A stretch of DNA of 64,000 bases from Oceanispirochaeta sp. (GTDB taxonomy: Bacteria; Spirochaetota; Spirochaetia; DSM-2461). Below the pieces are notes generated by a model that saw only the letters and a program-made list of their open reading frames with translations, had not been told where the DNA came from and ran no database searches. This document shows positions 8,912 to 18,408 of this stretch, one piece after another (positions within the stretch are counted from its first letter, which is position 1; each line of letters opens with the position of its first letter). The stretch covers positions 640,001 to 704,000 of the forward strand of contig CAXXXD010000003.1 of the NCBI GenBank assembly GCA_963663385.2. Direction: 5' to 3'. The position numbers were made by a program, and so were the translations under genes.

Positions 8912-10903
8912 TTAATATTCTATGCGGCCGCCGATCGTTCCGATGACGCCGTCATAATAACCAAAGTAATCTTCCTGATTCATACCTTCATAACTACTGC
9001 CCTCTCCTTCTAAGAAGTGATAGTTATTCAGGAGGTTTTCGCCGCGGATATATACGGAAAAATGCTCTCCAATACCTTTTTCAGTTCCCAGAACCAAGAG
9101 CAATTTATCGGGAGATTTAACATCTCCTGAACTCGTCAGCTTCATGGGAGCGTCCCAGGTCGTCGAGCCGAAGACTTTTAATGCTATCTTTGAGAACCTG
9201 TAGCTGGAGCTTAAACACACTGTATGAGGGACTCGGCCAGTCAAGTCTGTGTATTCACCATCCTCATAACTCTTGGCGGCTGTATAGGCGTATGAGAGGG
9301 AACCGGAATAATCGTTATGGTTGTAGTGAATGGCAGTATCTCCACCATAGGTCACGGCCTTTCCGATATTTTCGTAGCTGGTGTCCACATAGCCCCCGCT
9401 GCCGTCGGAATTGGAAGGGGTTTCGATAAGATCGATTATATAGTTGTAATAGGCTGCGGCTGAAAAGCTGAATCGCTCCAGGAATTCCTGTTCCAGCGAA
9501 ATATTGAAACCATGGGATTTCTCCGGTTTCAAATCGGGATTCCCATAGATATTAAAAACCGCAGACCCGCCGCCGGTATGGTGAAAAAACCAGTACTTTT
9601 GCTTTAAAGTGGGAATCTTATACCCCATCCCATAGGAGACACGAATTGTCGTATCTTCCGTTGGATCCGCCTTCAGGCTCAGCTTGGGCGTAAACTGGGA
9701 TAGCCCCGATTCTTCATCTCCGATGGGAGGAGTAAAATCAAAACGGAAACCGGGGGTCAGGAGAAAGAGATCCCGGGAGCCTATATTCCAGTCGTCCTGT
9801 GCGAACAGGCTGAGATGAAGCGCTTTTTTCCACTCCTCTTTTCCGAAGGACACCTCGTCTTGTAGAGCTTCGAGTTCAATGTGGGTCCCCGCAAGCAGGG
9901 TATGGGAAATATGAGGAATCATTTCAATACGATATTCCCCCTCGAAACCGGCATACTTCCTCTCGGACGATGACGATCCGCTTTCCAGATTCAGGCCGAA
10001 ATAGTTACCCGAAAGAAAGCCGCTGCCGGATAACCGGTCGGTGATCTCATGGTCTCCTCTGAAACCGCCGTAGATGCGGGGATTATCATATGTAGATTCT
10101 GAGGAGGGAATTCCTGCCGATGAAAGGGAGTTGTATTTACTGATGTACTGGTCATAGTTTGCGAAAATGCCCCACGTTCCCTGATCATTAAAGAAATCGG
10201 CTGTCAGCCCCAGTGAACTCAAGAAAGAAGAGGGAAGCTCGTAATACTCCTCCTCTTTCCGTCCTCGATTATAGGACTTTTTCTTTCCGTTATCATAATC
10301 CAGGGACGCTGTGGTACCTATGCTGTATCCTTCCGTTGTATAACTGAGCGCACCTGTTGTGTATGTTCTGAGATTCGTGGAGATCTCAGAGTTTGCATTA
10401 GCGCTGAATTCAGGCGTTGAGGGCTTTTCCTTTTTTGTAATGATATTAATGACACCACCGATCGCATCAGAACCGTAAAGAGCGGAGCTTGAGCCTCTGA
10501 TGATTTCGATTCTCTCTATATTGGAAACGGGGATCTGTCCTGTAGGGAGTGAACCGGCTATATCTCCAACCAGTTTCACACCGTCAACCAGGAATCTGAT
10601 GTATTCTCCTTCAAATCCCTGCATCATGATGGAACTCGACATCCGTCCGCCCACAGAAATACCTGGGATCTGCTCCAGGGCCTCGGAGAGATTCGTTGCC
10701 CCAGACTCCCGGATTTCTTCTGCTGTCACAACTTCGACTTTTTCACTTGCCTCATCTGATGTTTCAGCAAACTTGCTCCCAGTTATAACAATTACGGCCT
10801 CTCCGTCCGGAGCGGTCCTATCCTGAGCATAAAGAAAAAAAGAACCAGAAAAGAGTATTGTTGCGATAATCATGCCGTTCTTGATCGTTTGAGCTGTCCT
10901 CAT
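8912..10903 (-). CDS. TonB-dependent receptor, probably for heme
   Basis: VIVITGSK TonB box; plug motifs IERIEIIRGSSSALYGSDAIGGVINIITKK; YKIP...HH...GNPDLKPE (FRAP/NPNL-like with His); C-terminal aromatic residue. Start placed at ATG 10903 after a GAGG RBS. Confidence 0.9.
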   Translation of the reverse strand: MRTAQTIKNGMIIATILFSGSFFLYAQDRTAPDGEAVIVITGSKFAETSDEASEKVEVVTAEEIRESGATNLSEALEQIPGISVGGRMSSSIMMQGFEGEYIRFLVDGVKLVGDIAGSLPTGQIPVSNIERIEIIRGSSSALYGSDAIGGVINIITKKEKPSTPEFSANANSEISTNLRTYTTGALSYTTEGYSIGTTASLDYDNGKKKSYNRGRKEEEYYELPSSFLSSLGLTADFFNDQGTWGIFANYDQYISKYNSLSSAGIPSSESTYDNPRIYGGFRGDHEITDRLSGSGFLSGNYFGLNLESGSSSSERKYAGFEGEYRIEMIPHISHTLLAGTHIELEALQDEVSFGKEEWKKALHLSLFAQDDWNIGSRDLFLLTPGFRFDFTPPIGDEESGLSQFTPKLSLKADPTEDTTIRVSYGMGYKIPTLKQKYWFFHHTGGGSAVFNIYGNPDLKPEKSHGFNISLEQEFLERFSFSAAAYYNYIIDLIETPSNSDGSGGYVDTSYENIGKAVTYGGDTAIHYNHNDYSGSLSYAYTAAKSYEDGEYTDLTGRVPHTVCLSSSYRFSKIALKVFGSTTWDAPMKLTSSGDVKSPDKLLLVLGTEKGIGEHFSVYIRGENLLNNYHFLEGEGSSYEGMNQEDYFGYYDGVIGTIGGRIEY

Positions 10904-11069
10904 TTTTTTCCTCAATTATTAGTCCAATATATAGAATTATGTATATATTCATTCCGAGGTTTAAACACTGCCAGGGATGGTTGCCTGTCAATAAGCCCGG
11001 TTTGGACTCAATGAGAAAGGGTTCCAATAATTCCCTTGCTGAATGAAAAATTAGTAGTGCACAATAAAA

Positions 11070-11130
11070 GTATGCATGGCTAACATAATTAATATAAGAT
11101 AACATATTCTGATTGGGGAATATGTGTCAA
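11070..11130 (-). promoter_or_regulatory. Putative promoter of the receptor operon, overlapped by tandem DtxR-like boxes
   Basis: TTGACA (11130-11125) and TATGTT (11106-11101) on the minus strand; adjacent 19-mers 11070-11088 and 11089-11107 match the DtxR consensus at 13/19 and 12/19. Confidence 0.45.
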
Positions 11131-11237
11131 GAGAATTCAGTGTTTTTTGATTACCAGGTGGAATAATTTATGATTATGAATTGAATTCAGCTTGAAAATC
11201 GGCCTTGTAAAATCCCAGTGACAAAGAGTGGGGAGGA

Positions 11238-11951
11238 TCAATCAAGGCTGTATTCCAGGTAAAAAGTCAGTTCGAATTCGCTTTTCCCATCGGGTAATCC
11301 GGGAAAAGGAGCCGCTCTTTCAACAGTTTTCACGGCAGCTTCGTTTAAAAGAGAGTAGCCCGAATGCTCCATTATGAGACAGGAAGTCAACTCTCCGTCG
11401 GCTGAAATGACCAGGTGAAGTTTAATAAGACCTTCCTGACCTTTCCTGCGGGCACTCGAGGGGTAGATCTTTTTTCGTGCGATACGTGTGAGAACCTTGG
11501 TTTGATAGCGGACAATGGCGGGGCTTAACTCTTTTACAATGGGGCGGGGCGGTTGTGTATCTATAGGGGACTGAATGTTATTCAGCTGTGTAAACTCCGG
11601 CCCGGGAAGTGGCTCCGGCCCGGGAAGTGGCTCCGGCCCGGGAAGTGGCTCCGGCCCGGGAAGTGGCTCCGGCCCGGGAAGTGGCTCCGGCCCGGGAAGT
11701 GGCTCCGGCCCGGAAAGTGGCTCCGGCCCGGAAAGTGGCTCCGGCCCGGAAAGTGGCTCCGGTCCGGAAAGTGGCTCCGGCCCGGAAAGTGGCTCCGGCT
11801 CAGATACAGTCTGAGAGAAGGACATGGCCTTCAGAGCAACTTCTATCACGGTATCCTGGGCCATTTCCTCTGTCTTTATCGGGGGAGGGAGAAGGAACAG
11901 TGTCATAAAAAGGGAAGCGGAGAACAGGACGCTAAGAATCCATCTGATCAT
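11238..11951 (-). CDS. tonB: TonB energy transducer
   Basis: N-terminal TM, Pro-rich spacer, C-terminal YPSSARRKGQEG...SGYSLLNEAA...APFP TonB_C domain. Confidence 0.9.
   Translation of the reverse strand: MIRWILSVLFSASLFMTLFLLPPPIKTEEMAQDTVIEVALKAMSFSQTVSEPEPLSGPEPLSGPEPLSGPEPLSGPEPLSGPEPLPGPEPLPGPEPLPGPEPLPGPEPLPGPEPLPGPEFTQLNNIQSPIDTQPPRPIVKELSPAIVRYQTKVLTRIARKKIYPSSARRKGQEGLIKLHLVISADGELTSCLIMEHSGYSLLNEAAVKTVERAAPFPGLPDGKSEFELTFYLEYSLD
11595..11798. repeat. 18-bp tandem repeat, 11 full units plus a partial unit, encoding PEPL(S/P)G
   Basis: CTCCGGCCCGG(G/A)AAGTGG units: 6 of one variant and 5 of the other. Confidence 0.95.
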
Positions 11952-12339
11952 GACGAATCCCTATTTTCTCTATGCCGGATTTTTTCACCTCATCAAGGAT
12001 CTGAACCACCGTCTCAAAGACAATGTCTCGGTCACAGGCGAGAACCAGAGCCACCTCCGGATTTTTCTTCTTAAGTTTGTAAAGACTGGATTCCAGTTCT
12101 TCCCTTACTATGATCTGCCCGTCCAGGCTGATGACTTCCTCCCTGGATACAGTGAGGGTAACGGCTTTGTTCTCCTCCTTTTCCTCTCCTGAGGAACGGG
12201 GCAAATCGAGGGGAAGGGAATTCTGTCTGAACTGGGTGGAGATCATGAAAAAGATCAGTAATATGAAAATGACATCGATAAGAGGAGTCACATTCATTCC
12301 AGCTTGTTTCTTTTTCTTCCCTTGACCCATGTTAAGCAT
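11932..12339 (-). CDS. exbD: Biopolymer transport protein ExbD
   Basis: NVTPLIDVIFILLIFFM motif; LDLP. Confidence 0.92.
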   Translation of the reverse strand: MLNMGQGKKKKQAGMNVTPLIDVIFILLIFFMISTQFRQNSLPLDLPRSSGEEKEENKAVTLTVSREEVISLDGQIIVREELESSLYKLKKKNPEVALVLACDRDIVFETVVQILDEVKKSGIEKIGIRHDQMDS

Positions 12340-12919
12340 GGTTTTTCCTTTTTACCGGATAATCAAGTTCATCCTCATCTTCACAAGCGGGAACAGCCAT
12401 TCCCATATGGAGTAACCTTACCTCCTGCTTCCTGCGAAAGTAATGGACGAAGAAAAGGGAAGGAAGGGCTACGATCAATCCGAATGCCGTTGTAAGCATG
12501 GCTTCCCAGATTCCCCCTGAAAAATTCTGGATATCCAGGGAGGTCGCTCCTGCCATCCCTTGAAAACTCTTTATCAGACCGAAAACAGTCCCCAGAAGAC
12601 CCAGAGACGGAGATGCGGCGCTAATGAATTCCAGCAGCCACAATCCCCTTTCCATTTCATGATTCAGCAGGGCGCCGAATCTTTCCAATTCTTCATTCTT
12701 GTGATCTTGAGGAAAGTCTTTCAGTTCCAGATAGCGGTTGAACAGCCTCTGTATCTGGGATCGACATGGCGTATGGCTTCCCGCAAGGGAGTCGAGTTTA
12801 CGGTAGGTTATCAGAAAATAGAGACTCCTCTCTATTATCAGGGTCATACTTAGAAAGAGCATGCCTGTGAGGATCCATCCTATCAATCCTCCCAGGCGGA
12901 TGTATTCTATTAATTCCAT
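12332..12919 (-). CDS. exbB: ExbB (MotA/TolQ/ExbB) proton channel
   Basis: SPSLGLLGTVFGLI and GGIWEAMLTTAFGLIVALP. Confidence 0.92.
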   Translation of the reverse strand: MELIEYIRLGGLIGWILTGMLFLSMTLIIERSLYFLITYRKLDSLAGSHTPCRSQIQRLFNRYLELKDFPQDHKNEELERFGALLNHEMERGLWLLEFISAASPSLGLLGTVFGLIKSFQGMAGATSLDIQNFSGGIWEAMLTTAFGLIVALPSLFFVHYFRRKQEVRLLHMGMAVPACEDEDELDYPVKRKNHA

Positions 12920-13620
12920 TTCATCTGTCCCCCTGCCAGCAGGCCCATCGAGCGGCGCTATCTACCGGTTTTTCAAGTGATCAAGCATAGTCGATTTCTA
13001 TACATCCTATAAATAGTATAGTCTACTAAAGTTATGTTAAACTATTTTTTTATTCTCATTTTGTCAATAGAGCTTTACCATTGAGGCCAAAACCAGACTC
13101 AGCAAGGTTTTCATCATAATCTCCAATTCCTCCATCTTCCTGGTTATGAAGCCGACAATCCGTGAAGGTTCCCTGTATGATTGGCCTCTGACGAAACAGA
13201 TGAAGGCAATACATACTTGGCAGCTCAAGCCGACTCCCTTCGAACAGGGGACAGGATAACCCGGCTGTCCGGCTTTCGGTGTCAGGGCCAAATCGGCCGA
13301 TTACAAGAGAAGCGTTGCAGAAAACCTGGCCTCTCTTCTCTTGAAGTGCCTGATTTTTGGAGAAGAGATCTCCGGGATTCGCGGGCTAATGGTTCTGGAG
13401 GATCCGGTTGGTTCGGTTTTTATGGTCACCGAGCTGGAACCGGAACTTGATCTATAGAGGATCAGCTGTCCTATAGCTGTTCCTGCTGCCTCCGATGAGG
13501 ACTGTGCCACTGAGAATGTGGACCTGAAGTTCTTAATAAAGGTTGTCCCAGGTTACAGCAGAAGTGCCTCCTCATCAGGGTTAATTACAACGATAAAGGG
13601 AGGCCTATTGCTATTTTAAA

Positions 13621-16600
13621 TCACTCCGCCAGAAAAACGGTCTGCTGCCTATCCACAACAGAATACTCTGTCTCCTGAGCCGCTTCCATGAGGAGTTCCC
13701 TGTCCGACATAAACTCCCGGGGCTGTTTCCGGACCGGCATCATGGCCAGAACCACAGGCAGAACCGCCAGGGTCAGAAAGGTTCCGAAAATCAGTCCCCA
13801 GGCAATGGAGATTCCTACGGGAACCATCATCTGTCCTCCCACGCTCTTTTGGAATATAAGGGGCGCCAGACCGATGGAGGTTGTCAGTGTCGTCATCAGA
13901 ATGGGTCTGAACCTCTGAAGGGCCGCTTCTCTGGCTGCCAGTTTTTTGGGAATCCCAGAACGGATCTTTTTATTGAAACAGTCGATCAGAACCACCGAGT
14001 CATTAACAATGATACCGCCCAGGGCAACGCTTCCCAGAAAGGAGATGAAGGAAATGGGTTTTCCCATAATCATATGGCCGTATACAGCACCCAGAAAGCC
14101 CAGGGGGATCAGGGTTAATACAAGCAGAGCCTGACCCCATGATTTCATCTGAAACAGCAGCAGAGTAAACATGATCAGCAGGGCCAGGGCCATGCTGAAG
14201 ACCATGGACTTAATCATTTTATTGACCCATTCCGCCTGGCCGCCCTGGGAAAGGGTAACCCCTTCAACTCTGGAAAGGATATCGGGCAGGATCCTGTCGT
14301 TCACCTCTTTCATAACAATATTTATCTCTGTTACTCCCGTATCCACTCCTGCCATTACACGCAGGGAACGGTAGCCGTTCTCCCGGCGGATACTCCTCTG
14401 GCTTCTCTGCAGGGAGAAGTCTGCTACCTCCCGGAAAGGAACCAGACTGCCGGCGGGCGTGTGGATCATCATATCTTCCACACGGCTGAGGGAGTCCCTT
14501 TCTTCCTGGGAGAACCGGATTATAACAGGTATGGTATTTCTTCCGTCCTGGATGTTCATAACCTCGCTGCCGTAGAAACCCATACGCACCTGGTTGGCAA
14601 CCGATGCGGTTGTCAGCCCGAGGGCCATCCCTTTTTCGTTAAGCCGGATTATAAACTCTTTCTGTCCCAGAGGCGTATCATCCCGGATATCCTTGACACC
14701 GTTTATCCTGGCCAGCTCTTCCTTAAAGAGGTCGGCCGCTTCCTTCAGCTGTGTTTTATCCTTTCCCAGAAAGCGGATCGAAACAGGATCCCCCCCGAAC
14801 ATGGAATCGTTCCCTATAAACATTGACTCTACTTCAGGGTATTCGGGAACGGCCCTGGCTAACTCGAGGGAAAATTCGTTTACCGTAAAATCCCGAATCT
14901 CGTTATCCTGAAGGATCAGGTAGATATACATCTGGTTGCTGTTTCCCCAGGAGAGGTAGTCCACTATGGCATTATCAAAATCGGGGCTTTTCAGGGCGTA
15001 CTCCCTGCCGAATTCCATAGAGAACCGTTCCAGATCCTCCCGGGTTTCATTTATAACATCCGCGGAAGTTCCGGAAGGGAACTGGACCTGGGCATACACA
15101 TAGGGGGCTTCAATATCCGGGAAAAAGGCGGCTTTTATATGATTTCCCATAGCCGCTCCTGCGGAGATCATGATCGAACAGGCCAGAAGGGTCAGAATCA
15201 CCGCTTTATGATTCAGGGCAAAGTCCAGGAAAGGCTGATAGATTCTGTAGATCAGGAAATCCTGAGACTGCTGAAGCTTCTGTCTGAGGGGACGCGGCCT
15301 CCGTGCTTCGGCTGTAAGGGCTTTAGAGTGAGCCAGATGAACCGGCAGAAGTATCATGGCTTCCACCAGTGAGAAAGCCAGGCTGATTACCACAACCGTA
15401 CCAATCTGCGCGGTATACTTTCCCATATCTCCGTAGATAAAGAAATAGGGAGCAAAGGCAACCATTGTGGTGGCAATGGAGATCAGTACAGGAGACATGA
15501 CTTCCAGAGTTCCGTCTATGGCTGCCTGTTTCCGGGTTTTCCCCAGACGGTGCCACTGATCATAGATACTTTCTCCGATAACGATTCCGTCATCCACCAG
15601 TATACCGATGATCATAATCATTCCGAACAGGGACATCTCATTGATGGTAATTTTCATCATCCATTCCAGAAAAATCAGTCCCATAAAAGAGATGGGGATT
15701 CCCAGTGCTACCCAGAAAGAGATACGTGTATTCAGAAACAGCCCCAGAATCAGTATTACAAGGAGCAGCCCCCCGAGGCCGCTTTTGGTAAGGGTTCCCA
15801 GCCGTTCGTGCAGATCATCCACATCCCGGATATAGGTCTGGAAGGTAAAGGCATCCCCGTATTTTACCCGGTATTCCTCCAGTTTGGCATCCACGATTTT
15901 CGATATGGATATTACATCCTCCGTATTGCTGTACATTATCTGAAGGCCTATAGCTTCCTGGCCGTTTGCCCTGGTGTAGATGGCATTTTCCGCCCGGCCC
16001 ATCCTGATGGTGCTGATGTCCTTAAGGCGGATACTCCGGCCGTTCGGTGTGGTCATAATGACAATCTCTTCCAGTTCGGGGATGGTTGTCTTTTTTTCGT
16101 AGGAGCGTATCTGTATCTGTTCATCAGCGGTAAGAACGGATCCGGCAGACATATTGAGACTGGCAGACCGGATGGCGCCGTCAATATCATCCAGAGTCAG
16201 GCCGTACCGTTCCAGGGTGGAGGGGAGGGGTTCTATTATTATCTGTTCCCCCGGGAAGCCCCAGGTGTTAATCTGGGTTACCTGCCCTGTTCTGGACAGG
16301 TCCTCCCTGAATTCGGTTGCCACATCTTCCAGAAGCCGGAGATTTTCCTGACCGTAGATAAACAGAAGCATAACCCGGTTCCACTCGGTTTCCCTGTATA
16401 TAACGGGTTTATCCGCTTCCGAGGGGTATTCCGGTGTTGTTTCCACAGTGGAACGGACGTTGTCAAGGAGTTTGTCCATGGGATACCAGGGGGATGTTTC
16501 CAAACCGAACCAGGCGCCTCCGTCCCGGGCTGTGGATGTTACCTGGACAATGCCTTCCAACCCGCGCAGTCTTTCTTCAAGGGGAAGGACCAGCCCTTCC

Positions 16601-16782
16601 TCCACTTCAACGGCAGAGGCCCCGGGCCATGAGAGTTCAATGGAGATGTAATCAAATTCGATTTTCGGCCAGATCCGCTTCTGCAGGTTAAGCAGCCCGA
16701 AGGTACCTGCCGCAAAAATCAGAATCATAAGCCAGTTGGTTAAAAGAGAATTATCTACAAAATAGGTTAATAGCTTTTTCAT
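13621..16782 (-). CDS. RND efflux transporter permease subunit (AcrB/AcrD/AcrF family)
   Basis: 1053 aa; GILVDDGIVIGE (TM4 Asp pair) and RFRPILMTTLTT. Confidence 0.93.
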   Translation of the reverse strand: MKKLLTYFVDNSLLTNWLMILIFAAGTFGLLNLQKRIWPKIEFDYISIELSWPGASAVEVEEGLVLPLEERLRGLEGIVQVTSTARDGGAWFGLETSPWYPMDKLLDNVRSTVETTPEYPSEADKPVIYRETEWNRVMLLFIYGQENLRLLEDVATEFREDLSRTGQVTQINTWGFPGEQIIIEPLPSTLERYGLTLDDIDGAIRSASLNMSAGSVLTADEQIQIRSYEKKTTIPELEEIVIMTTPNGRSIRLKDISTIRMGRAENAIYTRANGQEAIGLQIMYSNTEDVISISKIVDAKLEEYRVKYGDAFTFQTYIRDVDDLHERLGTLTKSGLGGLLLVILILGLFLNTRISFWVALGIPISFMGLIFLEWMMKITINEMSLFGMIMIIGILVDDGIVIGESIYDQWHRLGKTRKQAAIDGTLEVMSPVLISIATTMVAFAPYFFIYGDMGKYTAQIGTVVVISLAFSLVEAMILLPVHLAHSKALTAEARRPRPLRQKLQQSQDFLIYRIYQPFLDFALNHKAVILTLLACSIMISAGAAMGNHIKAAFFPDIEAPYVYAQVQFPSGTSADVINETREDLERFSMEFGREYALKSPDFDNAIVDYLSWGNSNQMYIYLILQDNEIRDFTVNEFSLELARAVPEYPEVESMFIGNDSMFGGDPVSIRFLGKDKTQLKEAADLFKEELARINGVKDIRDDTPLGQKEFIIRLNEKGMALGLTTASVANQVRMGFYGSEVMNIQDGRNTIPVIIRFSQEERDSLSRVEDMMIHTPAGSLVPFREVADFSLQRSQRSIRRENGYRSLRVMAGVDTGVTEINIVMKEVNDRILPDILSRVEGVTLSQGGQAEWVNKMIKSMVFSMALALLIMFTLLLFQMKSWGQALLVLTLIPLGFLGAVYGHMIMGKPISFISFLGSVALGGIIVNDSVVLIDCFNKKIRSGIPKKLAAREAALQRFRPILMTTLTTSIGLAPLIFQKSVGGQMMVPVGISIAWGLIFGTFLTLAVLPVVLAMMPVRKQPREFMSDRELLMEAAQETEYSVVDRQQTVFLAE

Positions 16783-16793
16783 GAGTATTCCTT

Positions 16794-17993
16794 TCAGTCC
16801 TGTTCTTCCGAATCAGTTTCAGGGGTCTCTGCTTCGTCCGTTTCTCCGGGCTTTCTCAATGCCATACCGGCAAAGGTTTTCTGAAGTCTTGTAATAACAA
16901 TCTCTGTTCCTTCGGGCAGTGTGGGAGCCAGGATTACTTTGTCTCCCTGACGGGCCAGGATTGTTACAGGCTGGAATTCCAGCTTTCCTTCCCTGTAGAC
17001 ATTTACGGTCTGATCCGCATTGATCAGAGCCCTGGGAATCGCATAGGCATGGGGCACTGTTTTACCCGATACGGAAATATCTACATAATTACCAGGCATG
17101 AACAGGGCCTGTCTTTCCGGATTGTCAAATCTGATATGAACCATGATTGTCTGTGAGCTTCTGTCCATTACCGCATCCCTTCTGGTAATGCGGCCGGGAA
17201 GGGTATACTCTTTCATACCGGCCGGATAGATGGTAACCGGAGATTCCAGCTCATCCAGAAGAAGCAGTTCCTCCCGGGTCAGGGGAACCGATACTTCCAG
17301 GTGTTCCGTATCGGTCAGAGTCAGCAGGGACTGGCCGGGAGAGACAAAGCTGTACAGTCTGATTCCGTCCCCTTCCAGATGACCGGAAAAGGGCGCTCTT
17401 ATGTGATGGTAGGATAGCAGGTTTTCCAGTTCTCTGACCTGATAGTAGGCCGAGAGCACCCCGTAGGTACTGGTCAGGATTTTCTCCCTTTCCGACTGTA
17501 CGGGAGGCAGGGCGGGGATTTTTTCCGTATCCGTGTTAAGGACTGTCAAATAGGAATTCCACCTCTGATAGATTGTACCCGAACTCTCCGATTTCATGGC
17601 TGACAGAAGGGATGCCGTAGCCTGTATTAGCTGTACCCGTGCGAGGGCCAGGTTGTTTATGGTCAATTCGTCATCCAGCTTAATCAGGAGGTCGCCCTCT
17701 GATACGGCCGTTCCGCTTTTCAGATCCTCATGGCAGTAGACAGCCTGTCCGCCGGTCTGTGCGGACAGAACCAGAGACCGTGAAGACTGAACAAATCCAT
17801 GCCCTTCTATCTGCAGGGGATAAGGGGAGTATTTGAGTATTTCTGTTTCTACAAGACGGGCTTCTTTCTCCTCTTCAGGCTTTTCCACCTCTGCGGAATT
17901 GCCAATAAGGTAGGCTGTTGCCCCTCCGGACAGGAGCAGGATAACACCTATCAGGATCAGGGACTTTTTATTTTTCTTAAAAAACTGTTTCAT
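16794..17993 (-). CDS. RND periplasmic adaptor (MFP) subunit
   Basis: N-terminal TM, lipoyl-like G-x-V-x-GDLL segment, IRAPFSG; directly upstream of the RND permease. Confidence 0.9.
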   Translation of the reverse strand: MKQFFKKNKKSLILIGVILLLSGGATAYLIGNSAEVEKPEEEKEARLVETEILKYSPYPLQIEGHGFVQSSRSLVLSAQTGGQAVYCHEDLKSGTAVSEGDLLIKLDDELTINNLALARVQLIQATASLLSAMKSESSGTIYQRWNSYLTVLNTDTEKIPALPPVQSEREKILTSTYGVLSAYYQVRELENLLSYHHIRAPFSGHLEGDGIRLYSFVSPGQSLLTLTDTEHLEVSVPLTREELLLLDELESPVTIYPAGMKEYTLPGRITRRDAVMDRSSQTIMVHIRFDNPERQALFMPGNYVDISVSGKTVPHAYAIPRALINADQTVNVYREGKLEFQPVTILARQGDKVILAPTLPEGTEIVITRLQKTFAGMALRKPGETDEAETPETDSEEQD

Positions 17994-18056
17994 TCATCTC
18001 TCCAGCAGGGCCGGATGGCCCCGGTATATAACTCAGTATTTCTGTATTTATGCAAA

Positions 18057-18072
18057 TGCAAATCCTGTGCCA
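18057..18072 (-). promoter_or_regulatory. Sigma54 (-24/-12) promoter of the RND operon
   Basis: Minus strand reads TGGCAC-AGGAT-TTGCA, an exact TGGCAC-N5-TTGCA match, 63 nt upstream of the MFP start. Confidence 0.75.
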
Positions 18073-18258
18073 AAAAAACTAATGCTTTACCATTGACTCC
18101 TGATTGGATATCGGGCGGCAAAATCACCTGTCAATGGTCAGGATCACCGTTTAATCCGGGAATCTATTACTAAAACACACAGAATAGGAAATTCTGTTAC
18201 ATATAAAATATACGATAATACCAAAAAAATACGGGATAAATGAACAATAAATATAAAA

Positions 18259-18328
18259 TCCCTCTCCCTCTGGGAGAGGGGATTAAGGGGAGAGGGTTTA
18301 CCCGACAGGATTCCCTCTGGGAGAGGGC
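18259..18328. repeat. REP-like palindromic element (CCCTCTCCC-TCT-GGGAGAGGG), one full and one partial copy
   Basis: Same CTCCCTCTGGGAGAGGGGATTAAGGGGAGAGGG core as the repeats at 36315-36452. Confidence 0.8.
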
Positions 18329-18332
18329 AGAT

Positions 18333-18372
18333 AAAAAAAAAGAGGCTGTTTCATCTGCCATGAAACAGCCTC
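18333..18372 (-). terminator. Intrinsic terminator of cstA
   Basis: GAGGCTGTTTCAT-CTGCC-ATGAAACAGCCTC 13-bp stem with an A tract on the left (U tail on the minus strand). Confidence 0.85.
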
Positions 18373-18408
18373 CGGTATTAAAACGGTTTCTATCTTTACT
18401 TCATCAGC

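Noticed and set aside
10904..11237. Cobalamin riboswitch upstream of the TonB-dependent receptor
   Set aside because: No B12-box or conserved GGGAA/GCCACTG core was recognised; the heme context and His-containing FRAP/NPNL-like loop fit better.
11553..12074. Plus-strand repetitive ORFs (LRPGKW)n, (GSGSGP)n, (APAREV)n
   Set aside because: These are alternative-frame readings of the 18-bp repeat inside tonB, which is the coding strand.
15550..16632. Long antisense ORFs (360 aa here; also 61592-62776, 59004-59972, 49242-50105)
   Set aside because: They lie opposite well-supported genes and show no motifs, as expected for shadow ORFs.
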